DNA from: Phycisphaeraceae bacterium
Lineage (GTDB): Bacteria > Planctomycetota > Phycisphaerae > Phycisphaerales > Phycisphaeraceae
DNA: 64,000 nt
Assembly (NCBI GenBank): GCA_963674705.1
Contig: OY771506.1
Span: 1-64,000 of the forward strand
Reading direction: 5' to 3'
Made by a program: the position numbers and the translations under genes. Below are positions 19,272-28,357 of the stretch, piece after piece; the stretch's first letter is position 1; every line of letters starts with the position of its first letter. The notes beneath the pieces are model-generated. The model was given only the letters and a program-made list of their open reading frames with translations. It was not told the DNA's origin and searched no databases.

Positions 19272-19566
19272 TTTTGATGTGTAATCGCTGATCGTTAATC
19301 GCTGATTGGGGGAAGCGGATCTTGGTTTCACATTACACATTAACGATAAGCGTTTACACATTCATTGCTCGCGTTTAGCGGCGGATCGCAGATCCGCGCG
19401 TTCGATTTTTCGTATCGCGTTATGAAGACGCAAAGCCGAGGCGATCTACGATCGTCTGCAAAACGGGGAGTCAGATGCGGGTAGGACGTCACACATTGAT
19501 GACACAACCGCAATGCGTGCGGGGCTTGCTGCCGTTATTTGTATAATGTTGATGCAAGGCATCCGA

Positions 19567-19602
19567 CACACTTTGTCACTGTGTGATCAAAGTATGGCAC
19601 CC
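19567..19602 (-). repeat. REP family A copy 5
   Basis: Reverse complement reads GGGTGC-CATACTTTG-A-TCAC-ACA-GTGA-CAAAGTGTG. Confidence 0.85.
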
Positions 19603-19640
19603 GGATATTGTCCACATCTGATTAAGGATATGATATTGTT

Positions 19641-20279
19641 ATGATTAAGCGAACTGGAACCACGCTACTTGTGTTGATCCTTTATTTAACTATGACGGCA
19701 TGTTCTACCGCCACAGATGACGAAAGGGACATCAATAGAGTATTTATCCGACTGAATGATGCAATGCTATCGGGCAATGATCATGATTTAGTAACAACGC
19801 TTGATAAGTATACAAACAAAGTTACCGAAGATACATTAAAATCCGTTTATTATGATGGCAAAACAGATATTCTTGAAAGAGAATTAATTCAAAGTCTGGC
19901 AATTTTAGAGGTACGTGCCAACATGTTGCGCGACAATATTAGTCACGCATCTATTTGCCTTGTTCTAAATCATATGACATTAGATGAATTATATCTCAAT
20001 AAGAATAAGTATAAACTTGAGAATTTGAATGTTCAGGGAGATGTTGCTGTAGCCGGTATACAGGTCTACGGGAATAGGCGCGAAGTGCGTTTCATCAGAG
20101 AGATGGGAGCATGGAAGTTTAGTTTGAAAGAGCAGCATGATATCTTAGACCAAGTACTCGAAAACGATTTGAATGCATCAGGCCTTGAGCGCGATAGGTG
20201 GCTGCTAGATTATTTGACAATGATTGGATTAAGAAGCGTCTTGTCGGAGAACATTTTTGATCCCGTAAAAAGCCAGTAG
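19641..20279 (+). CDS. AT-rich hypothetical lipoprotein
   Basis: MIKR-hydrophobic-MTAC lipobox; AAGGA upstream; strongly AT-rich. Confidence 0.7.
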   Translation: MIKRTGTTLLVLILYLTMTACSTATDDERDINRVFIRLNDAMLSGNDHDLVTTLDKYTNKVTEDTLKSVYYDGKTDILERELIQSLAILEVRANMLRDNISHASICLVLNHMTLDELYLNKNKYKLENLNVQGDVAVAGIQVYGNRREVRFIREMGAWKFSLKEQHDILDQVLENDLNASGLERDRWLLDYLTMIGLRSVLSENIFDPVKSQ

Positions 20280-20345
20280 CATGGGTTTAATTCCGGTATG
20301 GGGTGGGGTCGCGAAACCCGTTCCGAGCCTTTCAGGTCGTTAGCC

Positions 20346-20379
20346 GGGTGCCAGCCTTTGACCCGCAGGGCAAAGGCGG
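20346..20379 (+). repeat. REP family A copy 6
   Basis: GGGTGC-CAGCCTTTG-A-CCC-GCA-GGG-CAAAGGCGG, with compensatory changes in the outer stem. Confidence 0.8.
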
Positions 20380-20798
20380 TTGACACGAACTTTAATCCCA
20401 ATACATAAAACGGAAGCAGAAACGGGGGGCCGACACCGTTTAGGCGTGTGCTTGCCGAATCGGTTCGTCTTGGGACGTAATGTCAATCGGGGAGACCTGC
20501 GGTCAGACAGTACGGCGGAGTCGGGAGACCCGCGCCGAGCGCGGGGGTGGCTTTGATGTGTAATCGCTGATCGTTAATCGCTGATTGGGGGGAGGGGGAA
20601 GCGGGACCGGGTTTCAGATTACAGATTCGCGATTAAAGATTAGCGATTACACATCCGCGATTTTGGATTCGCGATTGAACATTTCCCATTGAAGATTGAA
20701 GAAGGGGCAGCGCTAAGCCGCAAGCGGCTTTTGGGGGGATAGAGCTGGTCCCCAAATCTTGGACAGCCGGTTGGCCTGAATAAGGTGGGCCAACGGGT

Positions 20799-21680
20799 TT
20801 ATGCCGCGGCCAGCGGCGGTCCGGTTATAGGTTTTCCATCATACGCTTCGTCCGGCGTCCGTCCAGCGAGTGTCGAGTGCGGACGCTCGGTGTTGTAGAA
20901 CCGCAGCCATTCATTGATCCCGGCGCGAGCTTCGCTGCCTCTGTCCCACGCGTGCAGGTACACGCATTCGTACTTCAGGCTCCGCCACAGACGTTCGATG
21001 AACACGTTGTCCATCCATCGGCCTTTGCCGTCCATCGATACCTTCGCGCCCGCGTTCTTCACCGCTTCGGTCCATTCCAGGCCGGTGAACTGGCTGCCCT
21101 GATCGGTGTTGATGATCTGCGGCGGGCCGTGCTTGCTCAGCGCTTCTTCCAACGCCTCGACGCAGAATGACGCTTCCATCGTGTTGCTCAATCGCCAGGC
21201 CAGCACCTTCCTGCTGTGCCAGTCCATGACCGCAACGAGGTACAAAAAGCCGCGTCGCATCGGGATGTATGTGATGTCGGCGCACCACACATGACCCGGC
21301 TGATCAATCTTCAGATTCCGCAGCAGGTACGGATACACCTTGTTTTCAAGGCATTTGACGCTGGTCTTCGGGGCCTGGTAGATCGGCGTCAAACCCATCT
21401 GACGCATCAATCGACGCACACGCTTGCGGCCGACGTTGTAGCCAAGCCGACGCAACCAACGCATCATCTGCCGGCTGCCGTAGAACGGCGTGCACAGGAA
21501 CTGTCGGTCGATCAGACGCATCAGCTTCAGGTTCAACGGGCTCTCGCCTTTGCCTGAAAAGTAAAACGACGATCGGCTGATCGACACCAGCCCACACTGA
21601 CGCACGATGCTCAGCTCGGGGTGCTTGGGTTCGACCATGTCGCAGCGGCGGCCGTGGCTCAAAGCCCCAACCCTTTTTTT
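20799..21680 (-). CDS. IS3 OrfB DDE transposase domain (probably expressed by -1 frameshift from OrfA)
   Basis: WCADITY, NTDQGSQF, DNVFIERLWRSLKYE and YNTERPHS motifs; minus-strand TTTTTAAAAAAAG at 21673-21685. Confidence 0.9.
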   Translation of the reverse strand, partial: KKRVGALSHGRRCDMVEPKHPELSIVRQCGLVSISRSSFYFSGKGESPLNLKLMRLIDRQFLCTPFYGSRQMMRWLRRLGYNVGRKRVRRLMRQMGLTPIYQAPKTSVKCLENKVYPYLLRNLKIDQPGHVWCADITYIPMRRGFLYLVAVMDWHSRKVLAWRLSNTMEASFCVEALEEALSKHGPPQIINTDQGSQFTGLEWTEAVKNAGAKVSMDGKGRWMDNVFIERLWRSLKYECVYLHAWDRGSEARAGINEWLRFYNTERPHSTLAGRTPDEAYDGKPITGPPLAAA

Positions 21681-21940
21681 AAAAAGTCCTTCTCGATGGT
21701 CAGCTCGCCGATCTTCGCGTGCAGCTCTTTGATCTGCTCGTCGGATGCCTGCGGGTCCTTGCCGCCGCCACGGGCAAAAAGCTGGGCCGCCTCCTGTGCC
21801 AGCAGCTTCTTCCACCCGCCGATCATGTTCGGATGCACGTCGTACTTCTTGGCGATCTCCGCCACCGTCAACTCGCCACGCAGCGCCTCCAGCGCCACCT
21901 TCGCCTTGAATTCAGCCGTAAATCGTCGTCGCTTGCTCAT
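21659..21940 (-). CDS. IS3 OrfA (HTH)
   Basis: RRRFTAEFKAKVALEALRGELTVAEIAKKYDVHPN; ends at an A7G slippery site. Confidence 0.9.
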   Translation of the reverse strand: MSKRRRFTAEFKAKVALEALRGELTVAEIAKKYDVHPNMIGGWKKLLAQEAAQLFARGGGKDPQASDEQIKELHAKIGELTIEKDFLKKGLGL

Positions 21941-22157
21941 CAAGTAAGTCCTTTCAAATCTGCAGACCAGCCCACTTTAACCGGCTGTCCAAGATTTGGG
22001 GACCAGCTCTGATTATCGGACGCGGGGGCAGATTTCTTGGGTTCTGGGGGGTTGTGGGTCTTGGATAATGGGATTGGTGTGCTATTGTTAGGGTGGTGGG
22101 AGTTCGGCTGCGCGTGTCGCGGGCTGGGCCCTGAACAACCAGAGGGACAAGGAGACG

Positions 22158-22781
22158 ATGTCAGCGATACCGCCGCTGCAAAAGGGACAGTCTGCGTCCA
22201 CTTCGGCTAAGTCAGGCCGAGGGACGGGGCGGTCGCGTGCGCGGGTGTTGAAGGCGGATGCGGTGCGTGTGCAGTCCCCCACTGCTACCAGGACAGCCGG
22301 CGATCAAAAAGGGGATAAGCCCCTTTTTACTTCCCGGGTATCGGGCGAATCGACGCGTCGGACGCAGCCGCGTTTGCGTTTGACGCAGTCGCCGCCGGTG
22401 ACGGTGCGTAATGCGCCCAGGCCCACGCCGTTGCGTGGGACGACGGACCCGCGGTGGGTGTTGGCGGTGCGGACGGCCGAGCTGTTGCAGGGGGATATTC
22501 TTTCGCCTGAGTGTCGCGAGCGGATCGTGCGGATGGCGAAGCTTTTTGACCTGACGCCGTTCGATGCGAACATGATTATCGCGATCGTGCAGGATCAGGC
22601 GCGTCGTGGGATCGCGCCGCATCTGTGCCCGGCCGCGGGTGAACCGCAATTGCGGATGATCACGCCGCCGCAGCGCAAGACGTTATTGCAGGCGATCCGT
22701 GAGAGGTATGGGTTGAAGGCGGTGGTGTTGTTGGGCGCGATGTTGTTGGTGGAGATTGCTTTGATTGTTTGGGTGTTGTAG
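22158..22781 (+). CDS. Hypothetical protein with C-terminal membrane anchor
   Basis: GGAGA RBS; basic low-complexity N-terminus, helical core (DPRWVLAVR...FDANMIIAIVQD) and terminal TM segment. Confidence 0.65.
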   Translation: MSAIPPLQKGQSASTSAKSGRGTGRSRARVLKADAVRVQSPTATRTAGDQKGDKPLFTSRVSGESTRRTQPRLRLTQSPPVTVRNAPRPTPLRGTTDPRWVLAVRTAELLQGDILSPECRERIVRMAKLFDLTPFDANMIIAIVQDQARRGIAPHLCPAAGEPQLRMITPPQRKTLLQAIRERYGLKAVVLLGAMLLVEIALIVWVL

Positions 22782-22898
22782 CAAGGCTAAACCGCAAGCG
22801 TTTTAGTGCGCGTGGGGAGTTGTAGATAGCAACGGGTGAATGTCGCTAAGCCGCAAGCGGCTTTTTTTGTGCGCGTGGGGGATTTGGTTTTCTTTGAT

Positions 22899-22981
22899 GG
22901 GTGCCATACTTTGACTCCGCAGGAGCAAAGTGTGCTTTGTCACAACACGCTTTGCCGCTGCGCGGTCAAAACGTGGCACCC
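22899..22981. repeat. REP family A doublet (copy 7 at 22899-22935 +, copy 8 at 22946-22981 -)
   Basis: Inverted pair with tags facing outward, between convergent genes. Confidence 0.9.
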
Positions 22982-23004
22982 GTTACAGTGAAATTCAATT
23001 CATA

Positions 23005-23631
23005 TCAACGGTCGGCGCCGCGTTTGGGGGGTTGTTGTTCTTCTTTGGGCATGAAGACGGGGAGGTTCATGTCTTTGGCGAGGGCTTCGACCATTTTGAT
23101 GTGGCGGATGCGTTGTTCGGGGCCGTCTTCTTTATCGTAGTTGAGGCCGTAGGGCCAGAAGTGTTGGCGGTCGCCGTGGAGTTCGGCGTCGGGGCCGTCG
23201 AATTGTTTGACAAGCGTGACGGCCTTGGGACCTGTCCAGCGTTTATCTTTCATCAAATCCTGCCACTGTTGTGTTGTGCCGACGCCGAGTGTGTGGCCGA
23301 TCTCGTGCAGGGCAACGCGTGCGTTGATGGAGCCGCCGAAGCGGATGTGGCCGTTGTAGTTTGCGTCGGCGGTGGGCGTGCTGGGGCTGTATGTGATGCG
23401 CAGTTCTTTCTTGAAGTGTGCGTGCTGGTTGTAGAGTGCGACGGCTTCGTCCATGGCTTTCTTGATCATCTCACGTTTGTCGGCAGGCCATTCTTCCCAG
23501 CCGTCAGAGAAGCGGTAAGAGAGCTGGCCTTTGACGGGTTCGGGCTGTTCGGTTTTGGCTGATGCTGCGGTGGCGGCAGTGAGCATGACAAGAACCACCA
23601 GGGACGACAGCCAGATAAATGAACGATGCAT
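23005..23631 (-). CDS. Secreted zinc metallopeptidase-like protein
   Basis: Signal peptide; ALHEIGHTLG (HExxH); HFWPYGLNY. Confidence 0.7.
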   Translation of the reverse strand: MHRSFIWLSSLVVLVMLTAATAASAKTEQPEPVKGQLSYRFSDGWEEWPADKREMIKKAMDEAVALYNQHAHFKKELRITYSPSTPTADANYNGHIRFGGSINARVALHEIGHTLGVGTTQQWQDLMKDKRWTGPKAVTLVKQFDGPDAELHGDRQHFWPYGLNYDKEDGPEQRIRHIKMVEALAKDMNLPVFMPKEEQQPPKRGADR

Positions 23632-23775
23632 CGCGTTAACCTCGATTGATGACGGGCTACAGTTTGTGCGGATATCTTAGGCGGAGGATGGGGAGGATTG
23701 AAGGGGTGGAGGTGTGGAAATCTTATGTAAAGGCTATTTACATTGAAACGGGTCATGGTTAACCCGTGATTGAGG

Positions 23776-23899
23776 GAATGACGAATGCACGAATCCACGA
23801 ATGACGAAAGAATGATTCAATGACGAATAACAAATTTCGGGCATTTGTCATTATGGATTCGTCATTGCTTCGTCATTCGGAATTCGACATTCGTGCATT
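23776..23899. repeat. Inverted array of degenerate GAATGAC heptamers
   Basis: GAATGAC-like units followed by GTCATTC-like units, forming a long imperfect palindrome. Confidence 0.75.
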
Positions 23900-23988
23900 T
23901 ATGTCAAGACGGCCCTCACCCTAACCCTCTCCCATGGGGAGAGGGGACCGAGCCAATTCATCGGATCGCTTAGGAGAAGTTGGATGCG

Positions 23989-25875
23989 TTAGCGTTGGTG
24001 GCGTTGGGATAGGTTGATGTTGTTGAATTGGGCGGTGGTGAGGACGGCGTTGTCGTGGCTTAGGGTGGCTAGGCCGACCTGGGCGGTGTTTGATAGTGCG
24101 GGGAGGGTGAGGGGTTGGCCGAGGGGTTGCCAGGTGTTGTCGGTTTTGTATTCGCCTGTGATGGTGTTGCCTTTGCGCGTCAGGCGGAGGGTGATGGGGA
24201 AGGCGAGTTCGGGGCCGCGGGTTTCCTGCATGGTGTCGGATTGTTTAGCGCGCCAGCCGAGGGCTGTTTCGCCGTTGGGGAAGGCGTGCAGCAGAACGTG
24301 AGCGGCGTTGGGTGAGAGGTCGCTGCGGATCATCAGGCCGGCCTTGGCGTAGATGTTGGTTTCTTCGAGGCTGTTGAGTGTGGCGGTGAGGGTGAAGTCG
24401 CCGGCGACTTTCTTCGAGACGAAGCGGAACTGGTCGGCCTGGTTCCAGATGTCGCCGCCGCCGCCGTAGATGGTGACTTCATTGTTGCTGATGACGTGCA
24501 TGCCGCCGGGTTTTGCGTTGTCGATGTCGGTGGCGGTCCAGCCTTGCCACGCATCGGTGTGTGGCGGTTTGGTCATGACGGGCGGGGGCTGCGGCAGATC
24601 GATCTTGACGGGATCGGGACGTGTCAGTGCTTTTCGCATCGGTTCATCGATGACATACTTCATTGTGCCGAACCATTTGAAGTAGGCTTCGATTTCTTCA
24701 ATCGATGCGGTTTCGAAGTTTGGTTTATCAAGCGGTTCGGCGTTGCTGACCATATACCAGTTGTCTTTGATGACGCCGCCTTCGTTGTGGAGGATTTTGT
24801 AGGACCAGATAGTCGCGGCCCAACCGCGTTTGCCGTACTCATCGAAGTACATCCGCATGAGGTCGCCGCCGCCGAGGTGTTCGAAGACGGGGTTCCATTC
24901 GCCGATGAACAGCGGGACGTTTGCCTCTTCGATTTCCGCTTGTTTAGCGGGGATGGTTCGGGCGAAGAACTTGCCGTGCGTACGTTTGCTGGTTTCGCTG
25001 CCGAAGAGGCCGGGATAATGGTGTTCGGTGAAGCCGACGTTTATCCAGCCGTGTTCGGCGGGTTTGCCGTAGAAGCCGTGGCCGCCCCAGATGGGCGAGG
25101 GCGCCCAAATAATGTGGCGATTGTCATGTTCGCGGATGGCGTCGTAGATGTCGCTGAAGACGCGGAAGAGATCGGGACGGACATCGGAGCTGAAGTCGCC
25201 GTAGGGTTCGTTGATGACGTCGTAGCCTGCGACGGATTTTCGGCCGCGGTAGTGTTGTGCGATCTTGCCCCAGAGCCAGGCGGTCTGTTTGCCGAAGGTT
25301 AGGTTTTCGTCCCAGAGTTTGTTTTGTCCGACACGGCCCGTGGGGTGGTCGATGCTCTGGCTGCCGGGGACGCCGTGCATATCGAGGATGACGTAGATGC
25401 CTTCGGCTTCCGCCATTTCAATGGCGCGGTCGAGCCATTTGAAGGCATCTTTCTTGAGTTCGAATGGTTTGTCTTCGTCTTGAAGCAGGCGGTAATTGAA
25501 AGGCAATCGGACGACGTTGAAGCCGAAGGATTTGATGATTCTGAAGTCGCGCGGTGTGATCCAGTTCTCGCGGTAGAGCTCCATCAGGCGATTCTTTTCG
25601 GATTCACCGAAACGGTCGTCGAGGTTTTTCTCGAAGCTGTATTGATCTTCGAACTGGCCGTGATCGATCGCGAGCATCCACATCTCGAGCAGGAACCAGT
25701 TGCCGACGTTGCAGCCTTTGAGGACGACCTGGTTGCCGGATTCATCGACGATGATGGTGTCTTTGGCGCTCAGGAAGCTGAAGGCATCTTCTTGCGGCGC
25801 GGCTGCGCGTGTACTACTGATGCAGACAAACAGAACGAGCAGCAGCAGAGAGATCGTACGCGGTAATCGTGACAT
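23989..25875 (-). CDS. Secreted glycoside hydrolase family 5 with C-terminal beta-sandwich domain
   Basis: GCNVGNWFLLE, FNVVRLPFNY, ILDMHG, DVINEP, HHY and FIGEW motifs. Confidence 0.88.
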   Translation of the reverse strand: MSRLPRTISLLLLVLFVCISSTRAAAPQEDAFSFLSAKDTIIVDESGNQVVLKGCNVGNWFLLEMWMLAIDHGQFEDQYSFEKNLDDRFGESEKNRLMELYRENWITPRDFRIIKSFGFNVVRLPFNYRLLQDEDKPFELKKDAFKWLDRAIEMAEAEGIYVILDMHGVPGSQSIDHPTGRVGQNKLWDENLTFGKQTAWLWGKIAQHYRGRKSVAGYDVINEPYGDFSSDVRPDLFRVFSDIYDAIREHDNRHIIWAPSPIWGGHGFYGKPAEHGWINVGFTEHHYPGLFGSETSKRTHGKFFARTIPAKQAEIEEANVPLFIGEWNPVFEHLGGGDLMRMYFDEYGKRGWAATIWSYKILHNEGGVIKDNWYMVSNAEPLDKPNFETASIEEIEAYFKWFGTMKYVIDEPMRKALTRPDPVKIDLPQPPPVMTKPPHTDAWQGWTATDIDNAKPGGMHVISNNEVTIYGGGGDIWNQADQFRFVSKKVAGDFTLTATLNSLEETNIYAKAGLMIRSDLSPNAAHVLLHAFPNGETALGWRAKQSDTMQETRGPELAFPITLRLTRKGNTITGEYKTDNTWQPLGQPLTLPALSNTAQVGLATLSHDNAVLTTAQFNNINLSQRHQR

Positions 25876-26045
25876 GGATCGCCTCACAGGATTGTATGCG
25901 GTGGATGACGCACGGCATCGAAGCGGTGCGAGAGTCTGTATGCATGATAGCCAACTGAAGACGCGATTTGGCCTGAAATAGTCGATGAAACAAGTGAAAC
26001 TGCACTTGTGCAACGGGTAACGATGTTACTTGTTAAGCGAGGCGA

Positions 26046-27053
26046 TCAGGAGGCTTTGCGGGTGTCGCGGGTGTCGTTGAGGTGGCCGTTTTCGAAGTAC
26101 CACTGGGCGGTGAGTTTAATGCCCTCGGCGCTGTCGATCTTGGGCTGGTAGCCGAGGATGCGTTCGGCTTTGGCGTGGGTGAACGAGCGGTTTTTCGTGA
26201 AGAAGCCGACGCGTCGGCGGTGCAGCGGCGGGTCGATGCGCAGCGGGACGCATACGGCTTCACACATGACGGCGGCGGCGTAGACCGGCGCGAGCGGGAT
26301 GTGGCCGCGCGGTGGTTTGACACCGACCGCATCGGCGACGAGTTTGACGAGTTTCTTCAACGGCACGTAATCCGGACCGCAGAGGATGAACGTTTCGCCT
26401 AGCGCTTCGGGTTTTTCGCCGCAGAGAGTGATGCCGTCGACCAGGTCATCGATGTAAACCATGTGGAAGTTCACCGAGCCGTGGCCGACCATGCGGAAGC
26501 GACCGCTGTGGATGGTTTTGAAGAGTTTGAGCAGGCGCATGTCACCCGGGCCGTAGATGCCTGCGGGTCGGAAGATCGAGATCGGCTGGCCCTGCTTCTG
26601 GCGTTCGATGGCAAGCTTTTCGCCTTCGAGTTTGGTTACCTGGTAGATGTCGCATGGTGAATAGGGTGCGGTTTCGTCGGAAGGGATCTTCTTGACGGAG
26701 CCGTGCACGCCGATGGTGCTGCAGTGGACGACGCGTTCGCAGCCGTGCTTCTTTGCGGCATCGAAAACGTAGAGCGCGCCGGAGTAGTTGACATCGTGGT
26801 AGTAGCTGTCGGGGTGGCCGGCGGTGCGGAAGCATGCGGCGATGTGGTAGACCTTTTCGCAGCCCTGGACGGCGCGTTCGACAGCGTCCTGATCGGTGAT
26901 GTCGCCTTCGACAAATTCGATGTTGTGGCCCTGCAGGAAAGAGGTGTCCGATCCTTTGCGCACCAGGGCGCGCACCTGGTCACCGCGCTGGGCGAGCGAT
27001 ACCGCCAGCCGACCGCCAGTGAAACCCGTAGCACCTGTTACCAATACCTGCAT
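26046..27053 (-). CDS. NAD-dependent epimerase/dehydratase
   Basis: VTGATGFTG; YQVTK; RPAGIYGPGD. Confidence 0.9.
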   Translation of the reverse strand: MQVLVTGATGFTGGRLAVSLAQRGDQVRALVRKGSDTSFLQGHNIEFVEGDITDQDAVERAVQGCEKVYHIAACFRTAGHPDSYYHDVNYSGALYVFDAAKKHGCERVVHCSTIGVHGSVKKIPSDETAPYSPCDIYQVTKLEGEKLAIERQKQGQPISIFRPAGIYGPGDMRLLKLFKTIHSGRFRMVGHGSVNFHMVYIDDLVDGITLCGEKPEALGETFILCGPDYVPLKKLVKLVADAVGVKPPRGHIPLAPVYAAAVMCEAVCVPLRIDPPLHRRRVGFFTKNRSFTHAKAERILGYQPKIDSAEGIKLTAQWYFENGHLNDTRDTRKAS

Positions 27054-27106
27054 GATTAATTCCTGGTTGCCCCACTTGGGAGAAGTAGCAGCTTTGTCGC
27101 TCGCCC

Positions 27107-28297
27107 TTAGGCGACTTCGGCTTGTCGGTCGGATGCTTCACCCGGCCGTCCCATACCGGGTAGTGTAAGGTAAAAGTCGCGTAAACGCTGGCGGAAACGC
27201 TGCTCGCTGAACTCCTTTTCAACATACGCTCTGCCCGCGTTGCCTATCTTCTCACGCTCTTCTTGCGACGCGATCAACTTTGTCATGCCTTCAGCCATCG
27301 CTGCCGCTTCAGGCTCGACGAGTACGCTGACGTCGTCGTTCATCACTTGCGTGTGCGTGAAGAGTCTCGTTGCTACCACCGGCTTGCCGGATTGCAGGTA
27401 GCTATAAACCTTCATGGGTGTGTTGTTCCCTTGTGTGCGCGGAGAAACGAGGATATCCGCGTAGCTCAGCACGATGCCGAGGCTGTCGATTGGTACGGGC
27501 CCGACGAAAACGACGCGCCCCTGCTCAACCAACGTGCTTGCTTTGGCTTTGTACTTGGCGATGTGCTCGTCCGATCCGCCGACGATCAGCAGCACGGCCT
27601 GCGGGTGTTTATCCGCGACCTGCGTGAACGCATCGAGCATCAGGTCTATACCTTGATAGCTCTCGAGGTTGCCGACGTACATCAGCCTGGTGCCGCTGGC
27701 TTGCATGAGTGACTGCGGCAGGTTGGTTTCGTCGTTGCCGGTGAAGGGGATATCCGGCAACAGCGCGACGTTTTGCTTTGGATGGTGCTTCATCGCAACA
27801 TCGACCAGGGCCGGGCAAACGGCGAGGACGCCTTCCGAGCGCTTGATGCTGCGGCGTTCCATAAAACCAAACACCCAGGCGATCGGCTTGAATAGTGCGT
27901 TCTTCTCCTCGATCTGCAGACTCATCAGCGAGTCCATGTCAAAGATGTAAGGCACGCCGAACAGCAGGCGGATCAGCCAGGCGATGAATGCGGATTCTTC
28001 GACGGCATGGACGACGTCGTAGCGGTTGCGCCGGGCCATGGATACTGCTTTGAAGAGCATCGCCACATCGCACAGTGCTTTTTGCCAGCTCGGGCCGATC
28101 GGCACTTTCTTCACGCCCGGGGGTCTTGCCGTGCGATAATGCGTCACGGATTCGATCCGCACGTCTTCGCCCTCGTGGTAGGAGAGCACATCGATTTTGT
28201 GTCCCTGCTCCGCCAGCGCGATCAGCGCCGCACGTACGGCGATCGGCGTCCCCCGGTTGGTGAAAAACGGCTGTGGTGCAAGGAACAGGATCTTCAA
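27107..28297 (-). CDS. Glycosyltransferase family 4
   Basis: YVGNLESYQGID; PMKVYSYLQSGKPVVAT. Confidence 0.88.
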   Translation of the reverse strand: MKILFLAPQPFFTNRGTPIAVRAALIALAEQGHKIDVLSYHEGEDVRIESVTHYRTARPPGVKKVPIGPSWQKALCDVAMLFKAVSMARRNRYDVVHAVEESAFIAWLIRLLFGVPYIFDMDSLMSLQIEEKNALFKPIAWVFGFMERRSIKRSEGVLAVCPALVDVAMKHHPKQNVALLPDIPFTGNDETNLPQSLMQASGTRLMYVGNLESYQGIDLMLDAFTQVADKHPQAVLLIVGGSDEHIAKYKAKASTLVEQGRVVFVGPVPIDSLGIVLSYADILVSPRTQGNNTPMKVYSYLQSGKPVVATRLFTHTQVMNDDVSVLVEPEAAAMAEGMTKLIASQEEREKIGNAGRAYVEKEFSEQRFRQRLRDFYLTLPGMGRPGEASDRQAEVA

Positions 28298-28357
28298 GCG
28301 TTCGACTCCAGCGTCCCCGGGCTTTCGTTACTCGTGCGGATCAACTTCCGGTATATC

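Larger units (their letters stand above)
20741..22010 (-). mobile_element. IS3-family insertion sequence, 1270 bp, with perfect 32-bp terminal inverted repeats and a GAT target duplication
   Basis: AGAGCTGGTCCCCAAATCTTGGACAGCCGGTT at 20741-20772 and its reverse complement at 21979-22010; GAT at 20738-20740 and 22011-22013. Confidence 0.92.
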
